Assembly: GCA_963702025.1 (NCBI GenBank)
Contig: OY969699.1
Location: 640,001 to 704,000 of the forward strand
Source: an uncultured bacterium
GTDB taxonomy: Bacteria; Babelota; Babeliae; Babelales; Vermiphilaceae
Length of the DNA stretch: 64,000 bases
Direction of reading: 5' to 3'
The translations under genes were made by a program, and so were the position numbers. Shown in pieces: positions 19,245-28,046 of the stretch. The first letter of the stretch is position 1. Every line of letters starts with the position of its first letter. The notes under the pieces were generated by a model. That model saw nothing but the letters and a program-made list of their open reading frames with translations. It was not told the origin of the DNA and searched no databases.

Positions 19245-21791
19245 ATGCAGATCCAAAACAATGAATCGTATATCTATTGTACTTTAACAGTTGAACAGGT
19301 AGTTGAGAAATTACGGACCTCGCTTACCAGTGGGTTGTCAGAGAGTGAGGCAAGAGATCGGTGCAAAAGCTATGGGTTGAATGAACTGGGTGTTCAGCGC
19401 GCCTCTTGGTTTTCTATTTTGATTGCACAATTCACTTCTCCGTTTGTTTATCTATTGCTTATTATCGCGGCGGCAACTTTTGCATTGCAAGATTTTAGCA
19501 ACGGAGTAATTATTTGCGCATGCATTCTGCTGAACACTGCTGTTGGATTTTATCAGGAATATAAAGCCGATAAATCGTTGGTACTTCTGAAGAAATATTT
19601 AGTGGCAAAGGTTTTTGTTTTACGCGCAGGCAAACAAGAAGAAATTCCCAGTTCGCAACTTGTACCGGGCGATATTCTCTTATTATATCCCGGTGACGTT
19701 ATTCCCGCCGATGTGCGCTTTGCACAAACTGAACATCTGAGTGTGGATGAATCACTGTTAACGGGTGAATCAATAGAAATTCCTAAGAGTGCTGAAACTT
19801 TACCCAAAGTACCGGAAAATATTTTTGCGGCGCATAATATCGGATTTTCCGGTACCGCCGTTGCGCGAGGAAAGGGTATAGGCATTGTGATTGCTACCGG
19901 TGTTCATGGTGCGTTGGGCCAAATAAATTCTTTAACCGCGCAGATACAAAAAGTAAGCGGCTTTTCTGAAAAGATTAACCGGTTCAGTAATTTTATTTGT
20001 CTTCTTATTTTTTTAATTGTGGCATTGGTATTTGGCATACACCTTTTATTTGCATTTGATAGGTTTGAAATTATAAATCTGGCAATTTTTTCTATTGCTT
20101 TAGGAATTACTATTGTACCCGAGGCATTGCCGGTGGTAACTACTTTTGGATTCACCCGCGGTGCGCTACGGCTTGCGCAGCATGAGGTGGTGGTTAAGCG
20201 GCTTTCTGCCATTGAAGATTTAGGAAGCATCGAGATATTGTGCACCGATAAAACTGGCACGCTTACTGAAAATAAGTTGCAAATAGCTTCAGTATATGGA
20301 CCTGAACGGGAAGTTTTGCTTTGGGCGGCACTGAGTGCGGGCATGACCGAGCGAAATCTTTCGGTCGCAAAAGGTTTTGACTCGGTAATTTGGCAGGCGC
20401 TTTCTGCACAAGAGCAAGAACTGGTAGGGCAGTATGAAAAAGTGGCTGAAATTCCTTTTGATTCAAATCGCCGAAGAAGTTTGGTTTTGTTAAAGCACTG
20501 TCACCAACATGTTCTTGCCGTGCGCGGCTCTGCCCAAGATGTTCTGGGTATTTGTGATGGCCTTGATGCTGATCAAAAAGCATCGATTGAGCAATGGATA
20601 GGAAATCAAGGAGAAAATGGTAATCGGGTTATTGCCGTTGCCACAAAAGAGACACCGCAAGTTGATACACAGACGATTGATTTGAAAACAGAAGAACAGG
20701 GATTCAATCTTGTTGGGCTCATTGCGTTTGAGGATCCATTAAAACCAACTTCGCGCGGCGCAATAGTGAAAGCGGGAAAGCTTGGTATTCAGATTAAAAT
20801 TTTGAGTGGTGATAGCCCGGAAGTATGCGCGGCTATTGGTAAAAAGGTTGGGCTTTTACAAAATTCATCACAAGTAATAACCGGCGATTATTTTGCCCAA
20901 CAAAATCAAGAAGAAAAGGAAACATTAGTAGAAAATGGCATAGTGTTTGCGCGCGTGAGCCCTGAACAAAAATATGAAATTATACAATTACTGCAAAAAA
21001 ACTATAAAGTCGGTTATATGGGTGACGGTATCAATGATGCGCCGGCATTAAAAATTGCTCATGTTGCTTTGGCCGTAGATGACGCGGCTGATATTGCACG
21101 CAATGCTGCCGACATAATTTTATTCAAGCAAAGCTTGAGCGTTATCATTAATGGCATTGAAGAAGGACGTATCATTTTTGCCAACACACTGAAATATATT
21201 AAAATCACACTTGCGGCAGGATTTGGTCATTTTTATGCCCTGGCAGTTGCCTCACTGCTCATAGACTTTTTACCTATGTTGCCCTCACAACTTTTGGTGC
21301 TTAATTTGTTAACCGATGTTCCCCTTATTGCGCTTTCTACTGATTCAATGAGTATGCAAGAAGTTAGGTCACCACAAAAATATGATTTTAAAGCGATCAT
21401 AATTATGGCAACCATTTTGGGGCTGGTGATTTCAACATTTGATTTTATTGTATTTGCTCTTTTTTATCATCGCTCGCCGGCCGTTTTGCAAACGAATTGG
21501 TTTATCAGTTGCATACTTACTGAGACAATGTTTACTCTTTCAACCCGTTCAACATTGCCGTTTTATAAAGCCAAGCGCCCGTCAAAAACTCTGGTCGCTT
21601 CGTTAGCGTGTGTTGTTCTTCTTGCGCTTGTAATTCCCTTCACCTCATTTGGACAGGATTGGCTGCATTTTGTAAAACCAACGGGAGCTGACATACTATT
21701 AATTGTTATGCTTTCTGTTGGGTGTTTTATGGCAACCGAATTAATGAAATTTTTATACACTACATTTTATAAGGGTTCCGGAGCGTCATAA
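19245..21791 (+). CDS. P-type ATPase, Mg2+-importing MgtA-like
   Basis: TGES, PEAL, DKTGTLT, GDGINDAPAL, FLPMLPSQLL, TNWF. Confidence 0.88.
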   Translation: MQIQNNESYIYCTLTVEQVVEKLRTSLTSGLSESEARDRCKSYGLNELGVQRASWFSILIAQFTSPFVYLLLIIAAATFALQDFSNGVIICACILLNTAVGFYQEYKADKSLVLLKKYLVAKVFVLRAGKQEEIPSSQLVPGDILLLYPGDVIPADVRFAQTEHLSVDESLLTGESIEIPKSAETLPKVPENIFAAHNIGFSGTAVARGKGIGIVIATGVHGALGQINSLTAQIQKVSGFSEKINRFSNFICLLIFLIVALVFGIHLLFAFDRFEIINLAIFSIALGITIVPEALPVVTTFGFTRGALRLAQHEVVVKRLSAIEDLGSIEILCTDKTGTLTENKLQIASVYGPEREVLLWAALSAGMTERNLSVAKGFDSVIWQALSAQEQELVGQYEKVAEIPFDSNRRRSLVLLKHCHQHVLAVRGSAQDVLGICDGLDADQKASIEQWIGNQGENGNRVIAVATKETPQVDTQTIDLKTEEQGFNLVGLIAFEDPLKPTSRGAIVKAGKLGIQIKILSGDSPEVCAAIGKKVGLLQNSSQVITGDYFAQQNQEEKETLVENGIVFARVSPEQKYEIIQLLQKNYKVGYMGDGINDAPALKIAHVALAVDDAADIARNAADIILFKQSLSVIINGIEEGRIIFANTLKYIKITLAAGFGHFYALAVASLLIDFLPMLPSQLLVLNLLTDVPLIALSTDSMSMQEVRSPQKYDFKAIIIMATILGLVISTFDFIVFALFYHRSPAVLQTNWFISCILTETMFTLSTRSTLPFYKAKRPSKTLVASLACVVLLALVIPFTSFGQDWLHFVKPTGADILLIVMLSVGCFMATELMKFLYTTFYKGSGAS

Positions 21792-21793
21792 TT

Positions 21794-22231
21794 ATGGACT
21801 TTGAAATAATTTCCCATACTGCTGATCTTAAAATTCATGTGTACGGTACAACAAAACAAGAACTCTTTAAAAATGCATTGTGCGGCATGTTCCAAGCAAT
21901 GCGTCCAATAAGCTCCTCCTGCCATTATGAAAATGAGCGAATGGTGTGTGATCAGTTACCCATAGTGCGCGATTTTGGTGTTGATTCGCCTGACTTGGAT
22001 TCTTTATTAGTCGATTTTCTTTCAAATGCGCTCTATTTGGGCGCTATTCATCATGAAGCATATTTAGATGTTACTTTAATAACTTTTGATGACATGCGAG
22101 TGCTAGGATGTTTAAAGGGAGTTGCTATTACCGGGCTACAAGAATCTGAAGTGAAAGCGGTCACGTATCATGATTTGGGCATTATACAAAAAGATGGGCT
22201 CTGGCAAACTGATATTGTTTTTGATGTTTGA
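21794..22231 (+). CDS. Archease
   Basis: FEIISHTADL, EVKAVTYH, C-terminal FDV. Confidence 0.93.
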   Translation: MDFEIISHTADLKIHVYGTTKQELFKNALCGMFQAMRPISSSCHYENERMVCDQLPIVRDFGVDSPDLDSLLVDFLSNALYLGAIHHEAYLDVTLITFDDMRVLGCLKGVAITGLQESEVKAVTYHDLGIIQKDGLWQTDIVFDV

Positions 22232-22258
22232 TTAGGCAGAAAATTAGTAAGGAAACTA

Positions 22259-23722
22259 ATGGCAGAAGTTCGCTTGCCTCAATGGGAAGATCTTATAAAA
22301 ATTAATGACAATCTCTTCGAAATTCCGCAAAATTTCAGATCCGACATGCGCGTTCCCGCGCGCATCTATATGACCGAAGCGATGTTTGAGGATATAAAAG
22401 AAGATCGATCATTGGAACAATTAGTGAATGTTGCATCATTGCCCGGCATTCAAAAGTATGCGCTTGCGATGCCTGATATTCATCAAGGATACGGTTTCCC
22501 CATTGGCGGGGTTGCCGCAACATCGATAGCGGATGGCGGTGTGATTTCGCCGGGCGGCATCGGCTATGATATTAATTGTGGCGTTCGTCTTTTGGCGGCA
22601 AATATCAAAAGAGATGAGATAAAACCATATTTAGAAAATATTGCAACGGCACTATTCCATGTAATTCCATCAGGCGTTGGGCGCGGTGGCAAATTATCAT
22701 TGCATACCAAAGAGCTCGATACTATTTTGGCGCAGGGGGCCCAGGCCATGGTGCGCATGGGATATGGCACCGAATCTGATCTTGAACATTGCGAAGAAAA
22801 TGGCAATATGCCCGGTGCCAATCCGGATCTTATTTCAAAAGAAGCAAAAACAAGAGGACACGATCAATTGGGGACACTTGGCTCGGGAAATCATTTTCTT
22901 GAGGTGCAAGCGGTAGAAGAAATTTATGATGAAAAAGTGGCCCAAGCATTTGGCTTATCAAAGGATCAAGTGACGGTGATGATTCACTGTGGATCGCGTG
23001 GTCTTGGGCATCAAACATGCACCGATTATGTGCGTATTTTGATGAAAGAGTTACCCAAATGGGGATATCAGTTGCCTGATCGTGAATTGGTCTGCGCGCC
23101 ATTTAGTTCCCCACATGGGCAAGATTATTTTGCGGCTATGATTGCAGCGGCAAATTTTGCATGGGCAAATCGCCATTTGATTGGCCATTGGGTGCGTGAA
23201 GCATGGATAAATCAACTGGGCCCAACGGCTGCTTTACGCACGGTATATGATGTTTCTCATAACATTGGCAAACGTGAAAAGCATATGGTGAATGGAAAGC
23301 CGATGGATTTGCTGGTGCATCGCAAGGGCGCAACCCGTTCATTTGGGTCAAGCAGACCGGAAGTGCCGGCCGCTTATAAAAATGTTGGTCAACCGGTGCT
23401 GATTCCGGGCACCATGGGAACCGCTTCATATGTTTTAGTGGGCACCGATAGCTCTTTGGAGCAGGCATTTGGCTCATCGTGCCACGGTGCGGGAAGAACT
23501 ATGTCACGCATGAAGGCAAAAAAATTAATTCAAGGGAATGTGCTGCGCAAAGAGCTTGAAAGCGCGGGCATTATTGTTCGGTGTGATTCGAATGTTGGAC
23601 TGGCCGAAGAAGCGCCGCGCGCTTATAAAGATGTTGACATGGTGGTAAACGTTATTGCCAACGCTGGTCTTGCGCGTAAAGTTGCGCGACTGGTGCCGTT
23701 GGCAGTAGTAAAGGGTGGATAA
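22259..23722 (+). CDS. rtcB: RtcB RNA ligase (archaeal/eukaryotic-type length)
   Basis: MPDIHQGYGFPIG, GYDINCG, GSGNHF, HCGSRG, HRKGAT, PGTMG, SCHGAGR, EEAP.AYK. Confidence 0.96.
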   Translation: MAEVRLPQWEDLIKINDNLFEIPQNFRSDMRVPARIYMTEAMFEDIKEDRSLEQLVNVASLPGIQKYALAMPDIHQGYGFPIGGVAATSIADGGVISPGGIGYDINCGVRLLAANIKRDEIKPYLENIATALFHVIPSGVGRGGKLSLHTKELDTILAQGAQAMVRMGYGTESDLEHCEENGNMPGANPDLISKEAKTRGHDQLGTLGSGNHFLEVQAVEEIYDEKVAQAFGLSKDQVTVMIHCGSRGLGHQTCTDYVRILMKELPKWGYQLPDRELVCAPFSSPHGQDYFAAMIAAANFAWANRHLIGHWVREAWINQLGPTAALRTVYDVSHNIGKREKHMVNGKPMDLLVHRKGATRSFGSSRPEVPAAYKNVGQPVLIPGTMGTASYVLVGTDSSLEQAFGSSCHGAGRTMSRMKAKKLIQGNVLRKELESAGIIVRCDSNVGLAEEAPRAYKDVDMVVNVIANAGLARKVARLVPLAVVKGG

Positions 23723-23768
23723 TTAAGTTAAGAATTGAGATTAATGGTATTTTTTCGAAGGGGGCATT

Positions 23769-24188
23769 ATGAGCGCTGCTATATATCGCATATACGTCTG
23801 TTTGGTATTAGAAAAAGATAATAACGTTCTGTTATCAAAACGCCTCAACACCGGCTGGATGGACGGGTTTTGGCATATTCCCGGTGGCGGCTTGGAAGAA
23901 AATGAATCACTTATTCATGCCGTAACGCGCGAGGCAAAAGAAGAGCTGGATGTGGATGTTGATCCTGCTGATGTAAAATTGCTCTATATTTTACATCTGA
24001 ATAAGCAAACGCTCGGCTTTTATTTTATTACCACCAAATGGCAGGGCGAACCGAAAAATAATGAACCCAATGAATGCAGTGAAGTTGCCTGGTTCTCCAT
24101 GGATCAATTGCCCGAAGAGATGAGCCCCTTTGCGCAGCGGGTTATTGAAGGGCGTAAAAGCGGTAAGAATTATTTTTACATAGAATAA
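23769..24188 (+). CDS. NUDIX hydrolase
   Basis: PGGGLEENESLIHAVTREAKEE Nudix box. Confidence 0.9.
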   Translation: MSAAIYRIYVCLVLEKDNNVLLSKRLNTGWMDGFWHIPGGGLEENESLIHAVTREAKEELDVDVDPADVKLLYILHLNKQTLGFYFITTKWQGEPKNNEPNECSEVAWFSMDQLPEEMSPFAQRVIEGRKSGKNYFYIE

Positions 24189-24222
24189 AAAAAACCCCAG
24201 CTTTTTAAAGCTGAGGTTTTAT
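24187..24222. terminator. Bidirectional terminator
   Basis: AAAACCCCAGCTTT / AAAGCTGAGGTTTT stem between convergent genes. Confidence 0.75.
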
Positions 24223-24240
24223 TATTTTAAAAATGAGATC

Positions 24241-25446
24241 TTATTCCCACAGAACACTTTGTTTTATTTTTTCCTTTAATAAGTTGTTTATAAACTTAAT
24301 ATCAAAGTCAAGTTGTTCTGATTTTCCTTTCTGCAGTTGAATAAGGAGGCGTTGTTTTTCTTTATATAGATCATCATAATTCATCTCTTGCCAAGCTTGC
24401 TCTCTTGAAGGCTTAAGCGCTACTTGAGGAGCTTTTTCAGTTTTTGCTTTTGCTTCTATTTCTGCAATCCTTTTTTGTAGCTCTTCTGGAGTTGTTTTTG
24501 CTTCTCTTTCTGCAATCCTTTTTTGTAACTCTTCTGGAGTAATTGTCCCCAACGGAGATACTTTTGCGGCAACTATTGGCAGTAGTAGTTTTTTGAGGCT
24601 TTCAAGTAAGGTGTTTTCTTTCATGCGTAAGCCTCGTAATGCAAGTTTTATTTCTTCTCGTTGTGCAGCTTCTTTTTTACCCTCACCAAGTTCTCTTTCT
24701 TTCTCAGCTAACGGTTGCCGTTCGGCATCAATTTGTTTCAATTGTTCTATTATTTCCGCTTGTTCTTTTGAAGGTATTTGCGCTGGCCATTCAACTCCTT
24801 TTCTTGCTAAAAGTTCTGTAATTTCTTTAATTCTTTCTTGTTGAACCGATTCTCCTAAGATTACCGGAAGAACCACGGATGCAATACCTTTTGGAGCAGG
24901 AGGAGCCGGTGGTGCTGGCGGAACTGGCGGTTTAACAGGTTCTTGCACTGGAGCCTTTGGTTGTGCAGGTGCAGGTTTTATTACTGGTACTAATCGAACT
25001 GGTGTCACTTTTACCTGTTCTCGTGGCGGAACAGCTGGTGGTGTCTTTTTGATAGGTTCTTCGCGTGCTGGAACGGGTGGAGCTTTAGGTTTTGGTTGAG
25101 GTAATGTTGGCAATGGTCGCGCTGCCATCGGCTGTTGTGCTAATGAAGCTTTGATTGCCTTTTCTATTTCCGCTTGTTCTTGCGCAGCGATTATTTCCTT
25201 CTTTTCTTGTTCTAAATTTTCCCACAAAGAAAGCAATGATCCAACAGTGGCTTCTCGCTCTTGCTCACTAATATTTGGATTTTGATAAATCTGCCCCAGT
25301 GAGTTTTGAATTCTGGTGATTTCATCATCTATATTTTCAATTGAAGGTTTTACTCTCAGTCGGGGAAGCTCAGGAAGTTCCATCCCACTACTCAAGCAAG
25401 TGATGCCTATGAGGGCTAAGGCAAGTAATAGTAAATTTTTCTTCAT
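24241..25446 (-). CDS. Secreted proline-rich coiled-coil protein with a UIM-like motif
   Basis: AAGGAG RBS; signal SSG-ME; EQAEIEKAIKASL; PPVPPAPPAPPAP; tandem TPEELQKRIAE repeat. Confidence 0.8.
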   Translation of the reverse strand: MKKNLLLLALALIGITCLSSGMELPELPRLRVKPSIENIDDEITRIQNSLGQIYQNPNISEQEREATVGSLLSLWENLEQEKKEIIAAQEQAEIEKAIKASLAQQPMAARPLPTLPQPKPKAPPVPAREEPIKKTPPAVPPREQVKVTPVRLVPVIKPAPAQPKAPVQEPVKPPVPPAPPAPPAPKGIASVVLPVILGESVQQERIKEITELLARKGVEWPAQIPSKEQAEIIEQLKQIDAERQPLAEKERELGEGKKEAAQREEIKLALRGLRMKENTLLESLKKLLLPIVAAKVSPLGTITPEELQKRIAEREAKTTPEELQKRIAEIEAKAKTEKAPQVALKPSREQAWQEMNYDDLYKEKQRLLIQLQKGKSEQLDFDIKFINNLLKEKIKQSVLWE

Positions 25447-25801
25447 AATCAATACTCCTTTTGAGGTCTCTAAATTATAAATAATTAAATATATTTCTAA
25501 TTGTAATTTTAACACAATAAAGGCGTGTTTGCAAGGTTTTTGAAAGGAAAGGGGTGTTTCTTGAAAAAAGGCTATAAAATCAGGAGGTTTCCTGGTTTTT
25601 GCCGTTTTGGCGAGCGCCTTTTATCACTCTAATTCCTGAAAAAATTCGGGAGGTAAGATGGTGAGTCCGTTTGCCCCAAAGGGTTATTGAAGGGTGCAAA
25701 AGCGGTAAAAACTATTTTTTATATTGAGTATTGATTTACCCTTTTAAAAATTGCTAATATAAAAATAGAATTAAATTTTGTTGTTAAAAAAGGGAAAATT
25801 A

Positions 25802-26107
25802 ATGAAGTTAAATTATATTATAGTAATCTTGTGCCTTATGAGTAGCCCACTCTTTGGTTATTGGGCGAATCGCAATTTTGCTGCAACGTTAATACAAAGA
25901 TATCCATCTTATGGGCAAAAAATAGAGCAGTTAAATAAAGAACTCATCGCTGCATGGGATCGTTTAGAGCGGAATGATAAAGATAAAGAAGCGCTTACAA
26001 TATTGGAAAGAAAATCAAAAGAGCTTGCGGACACTATTTGCGAAGCAGCCCGGAGAGAAATTAAAGAACAGATAACCGAAGAAAAAGAGTTTGTCATAAT
26101 TCAATAA
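25802..26107 (+). CDS. Small secreted hypothetical protein
   Basis: Signal peptide MKLNYIIVILCLMSSPLFG; helical body. Confidence 0.65.
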   Translation: MKLNYIIVILCLMSSPLFGYWANRNFAATLIQRYPSYGQKIEQLNKELIAAWDRLERNDKDKEALTILERKSKELADTICEAARREIKEQITEEKEFVIIQ

Positions 26108-26988
26108 TTACCTTCTTTAATCTGCAAAAATAGATTTTTCCAAAATATCTTGCTGCTGCCGGGCATTGGTGGTTGAGTGAGTGCGTTCTTTAAGTGTGCA
26201 ATTACCTGTTCTGCCAGCTGCGCTTTTGTTTTATTGTTATCACGGATATTTTTTTTATACTCATCGGCCCAATAAATAATAAGTTGATCAACAAGCGTGA
26301 GTGTTTCCCATTCATTAACAGTGGATGCATCTAATTCTTTGCTAAATGCCAGAGGATCTTGGAATGCGGTGGTGGTAAAAAATGAGAGTAGTGGATGCGA
26401 AAGCGGTTGGGTGCTGCTGCCAAGGTTCTCAATAAGACACCGCGATAGTATCGTGGGCAAAATAAATTCGGCACGTTGGGCAAGAAGAAGAAAATGGTAT
26501 CCTTCAGGCGGTTCTTCTAATGATTTGAGCAAAGCGTTGGCGCAGGCGGGCGAAAGTAAATCAGCTTTTTGCAGCACAAAGTAAAAGTGCTGATTTGGTT
26601 CGAGCGCGTAGGAAATTGTTGAAAAAATAACCTTTAGATCATCAACCACATACTGCTTTTCCGGGCACAACCAAATAATTGATTCGTGGCATTGTTCGCG
26701 AACTTTGCGGCAGTTGGTGCATACGGAGCAGGGTTGGGCATGGTTCGATACGATTGCTTCGCAATCACTCACCACGAGCGGATTAGTTTTCCGCTCATCC
26801 TGAGCTTGCCGAAGGACGGCGGACAAGCAAAAATTCTTTTGCAGCAAATAGATTGCATGCTCGAGTGTCTTTTGTTCATCGCCGATGCACAAATAGGCCG
26901 GATGATCTTTAGATAAGCGTGCTGTTTGATAAGAAGTTGATTGTGCCGTGTTCATGGGATCAATTGGTGCTTTGGAGTTTTGATACAA
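26101..26988 (-). CDS. holB: DNA polymerase III delta-prime subunit with an in-frame repeat insertion
   Basis: CSVCTNC zinc module, ANALLKSLEEPP, LPTILSRC; follows tmk. Confidence 0.88.
   Translation of the reverse strand: MYQNSKAPIDPMNTAQSTSYQTARLSKDHPAYLCIGDEQKTLEHAIYLLQKNFCLSAVLRQAQDERKTNPLVVSDCEAIVSNHAQPCSVCTNCRKVREQCHESIIWLCPEKQYVVDDLKVIFSTISYALEPNQHFYFVLQKADLLSPACANALLKSLEEPPEGYHFLLLAQRAEFILPTILSRCLIENLGSSTQPLSHPLLSFFTTTAFQDPLAFSKELDASTVNEWETLTLVDQLIIYWADEYKKNIRDNNKTKAQLAEQVIAHLKNALTQPPMPGSSKIFWKNLFLQIKEGNY
26741..26816. repeat. Family A palindromic element inside holB
   Basis: TGGTTCGATAC...CACTCACCACGAGCGG...CCGCTCATCCTGAGCTTGCCGAAGGA; 26741-26781 is the reverse complement of 40782-40822 with one mismatch. 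Confidence 0.88.
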
Positions 26989-27598
26989 TTTCCTGTAGAG
27001 CCTGTTCAGTTACTTTTTCAGGCGATTGAGTGCCATCAACAATAATAACATCTTTACGATCTTTATACAGTGTATCAAAACCGTGCATCAGCTTTTGGAT
27101 AAATTCCTGTTTTTCTTTTTCAAATGAGGTGAGTTCCACGTTGCGCTGTAAGATGCGTTCGGTTGCAATTTCGGCAGAAACATGTACATAGATTGTGATG
27201 TCGGGCCTACTATTTTGCATTACCCATTCATTGATCATGGTAATTTTAGCAGTGTCAAGGCCGCGCCCATACCCTTGATATACTATTGATGAATCGGCCA
27301 TGCGATCAGAAATAATTATTTTATTTTGTTGCAAGTTTGGCAGTATAACATCGGCAAAATGTTGCGCGCGATCAGCAGCAAAGAGTAAAAATTCTGCTTT
27401 TGCAGTTATGGGCACTCTTTTTTCTTGCACCAAGATGCGTAAATATTGCCCGAGCGGGGTGGCGCCGGGCTCTTTGGTGAGCAGCACCGGATATTGCTGC
27501 TTGTTCAGTTGGTCATAGAGATTTTTGGCGAGGGTGCTTTTGCCCGATCCATCGATTCCCTCGATAGCGATTAAAATACCTTTTTTTAATTGAGGCAT
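26960..27598 (-). CDS. tmk: Thymidylate kinase
   Basis: IEGIDGSGKST, KEPG, LLFAADRAQH, SDR, YQGYGRG. Confidence 0.95.
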   Translation of the reverse strand: MPQLKKGILIAIEGIDGSGKSTLAKNLYDQLNKQQYPVLLTKEPGATPLGQYLRILVQEKRVPITAKAEFLLFAADRAQHFADVILPNLQQNKIIISDRMADSSIVYQGYGRGLDTAKITMINEWVMQNSRPDITIYVHVSAEIATERILQRNVELTSFEKEKQEFIQKLMHGFDTLYKDRKDVIIVDGTQSPEKVTEQALQEIVSKLQSTN

Positions 27599-27666
27599 GA
27601 AAAATCCTGTATTATTGCTTTGGTGTCCAATATATGGCACAATCGTTAATAATCAATGAGGTAATA

Positions 27667-28029
27667 ATGTATAAAATATCTAAAACTAAAGAATACCAGG
27701 AATGGTTTGAAGAAGAAACTGAAAAATCCAAAAAAAAATCGAAACTTAAAATTAAGAAAAACGCTGAAGTTGTTGCATTTAGTCCAACTCGTGAATTATT
27801 AAATGAAAATTTTTTAGGAAGAGCAATTATTGAATGTTTAAAGAACAATGACCCAGAAGGTGTTATAGAAATTATTAGTACATATTTAGAAACAATTAAT
27901 AAAATGCAATCTGCCCAGCAGGTGAGCCTTTCCCGTTCCACATTGTATCATAGTTTGAAAGGTAAAAATCCTACGCTTAAAACACTAGCGAAGCTGATGC
28001 ATGCAAGTGCTTTGGAAATGCGTAAGTAG
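27667..28029 (+). CDS. HI1420-like addiction-module antitoxin fused to a short toxin-like N-terminus
   Basis: C-terminal HTH AQQVSLSRSTLYHSLKGKNPTLKTL; N-terminal MYKISKTKEYQEWF resembles the start of RelE/HI1419 toxins. Confidence 0.7.
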   Translation: MYKISKTKEYQEWFEEETEKSKKKSKLKIKKNAEVVAFSPTRELLNENFLGRAIIECLKNNDPEGVIEIISTYLETINKMQSAQQVSLSRSTLYHSLKGKNPTLKTLAKLMHASALEMRK

Positions 28030-28046
28030 TATTTTCTAAGAAAGGA

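Noticed and set aside
25520..25780. Possible ncRNA in the divergent intergenic region (also 33780-33960)
   Set aside because: Only weak hairpins and no recognisable riboswitch or second copy.
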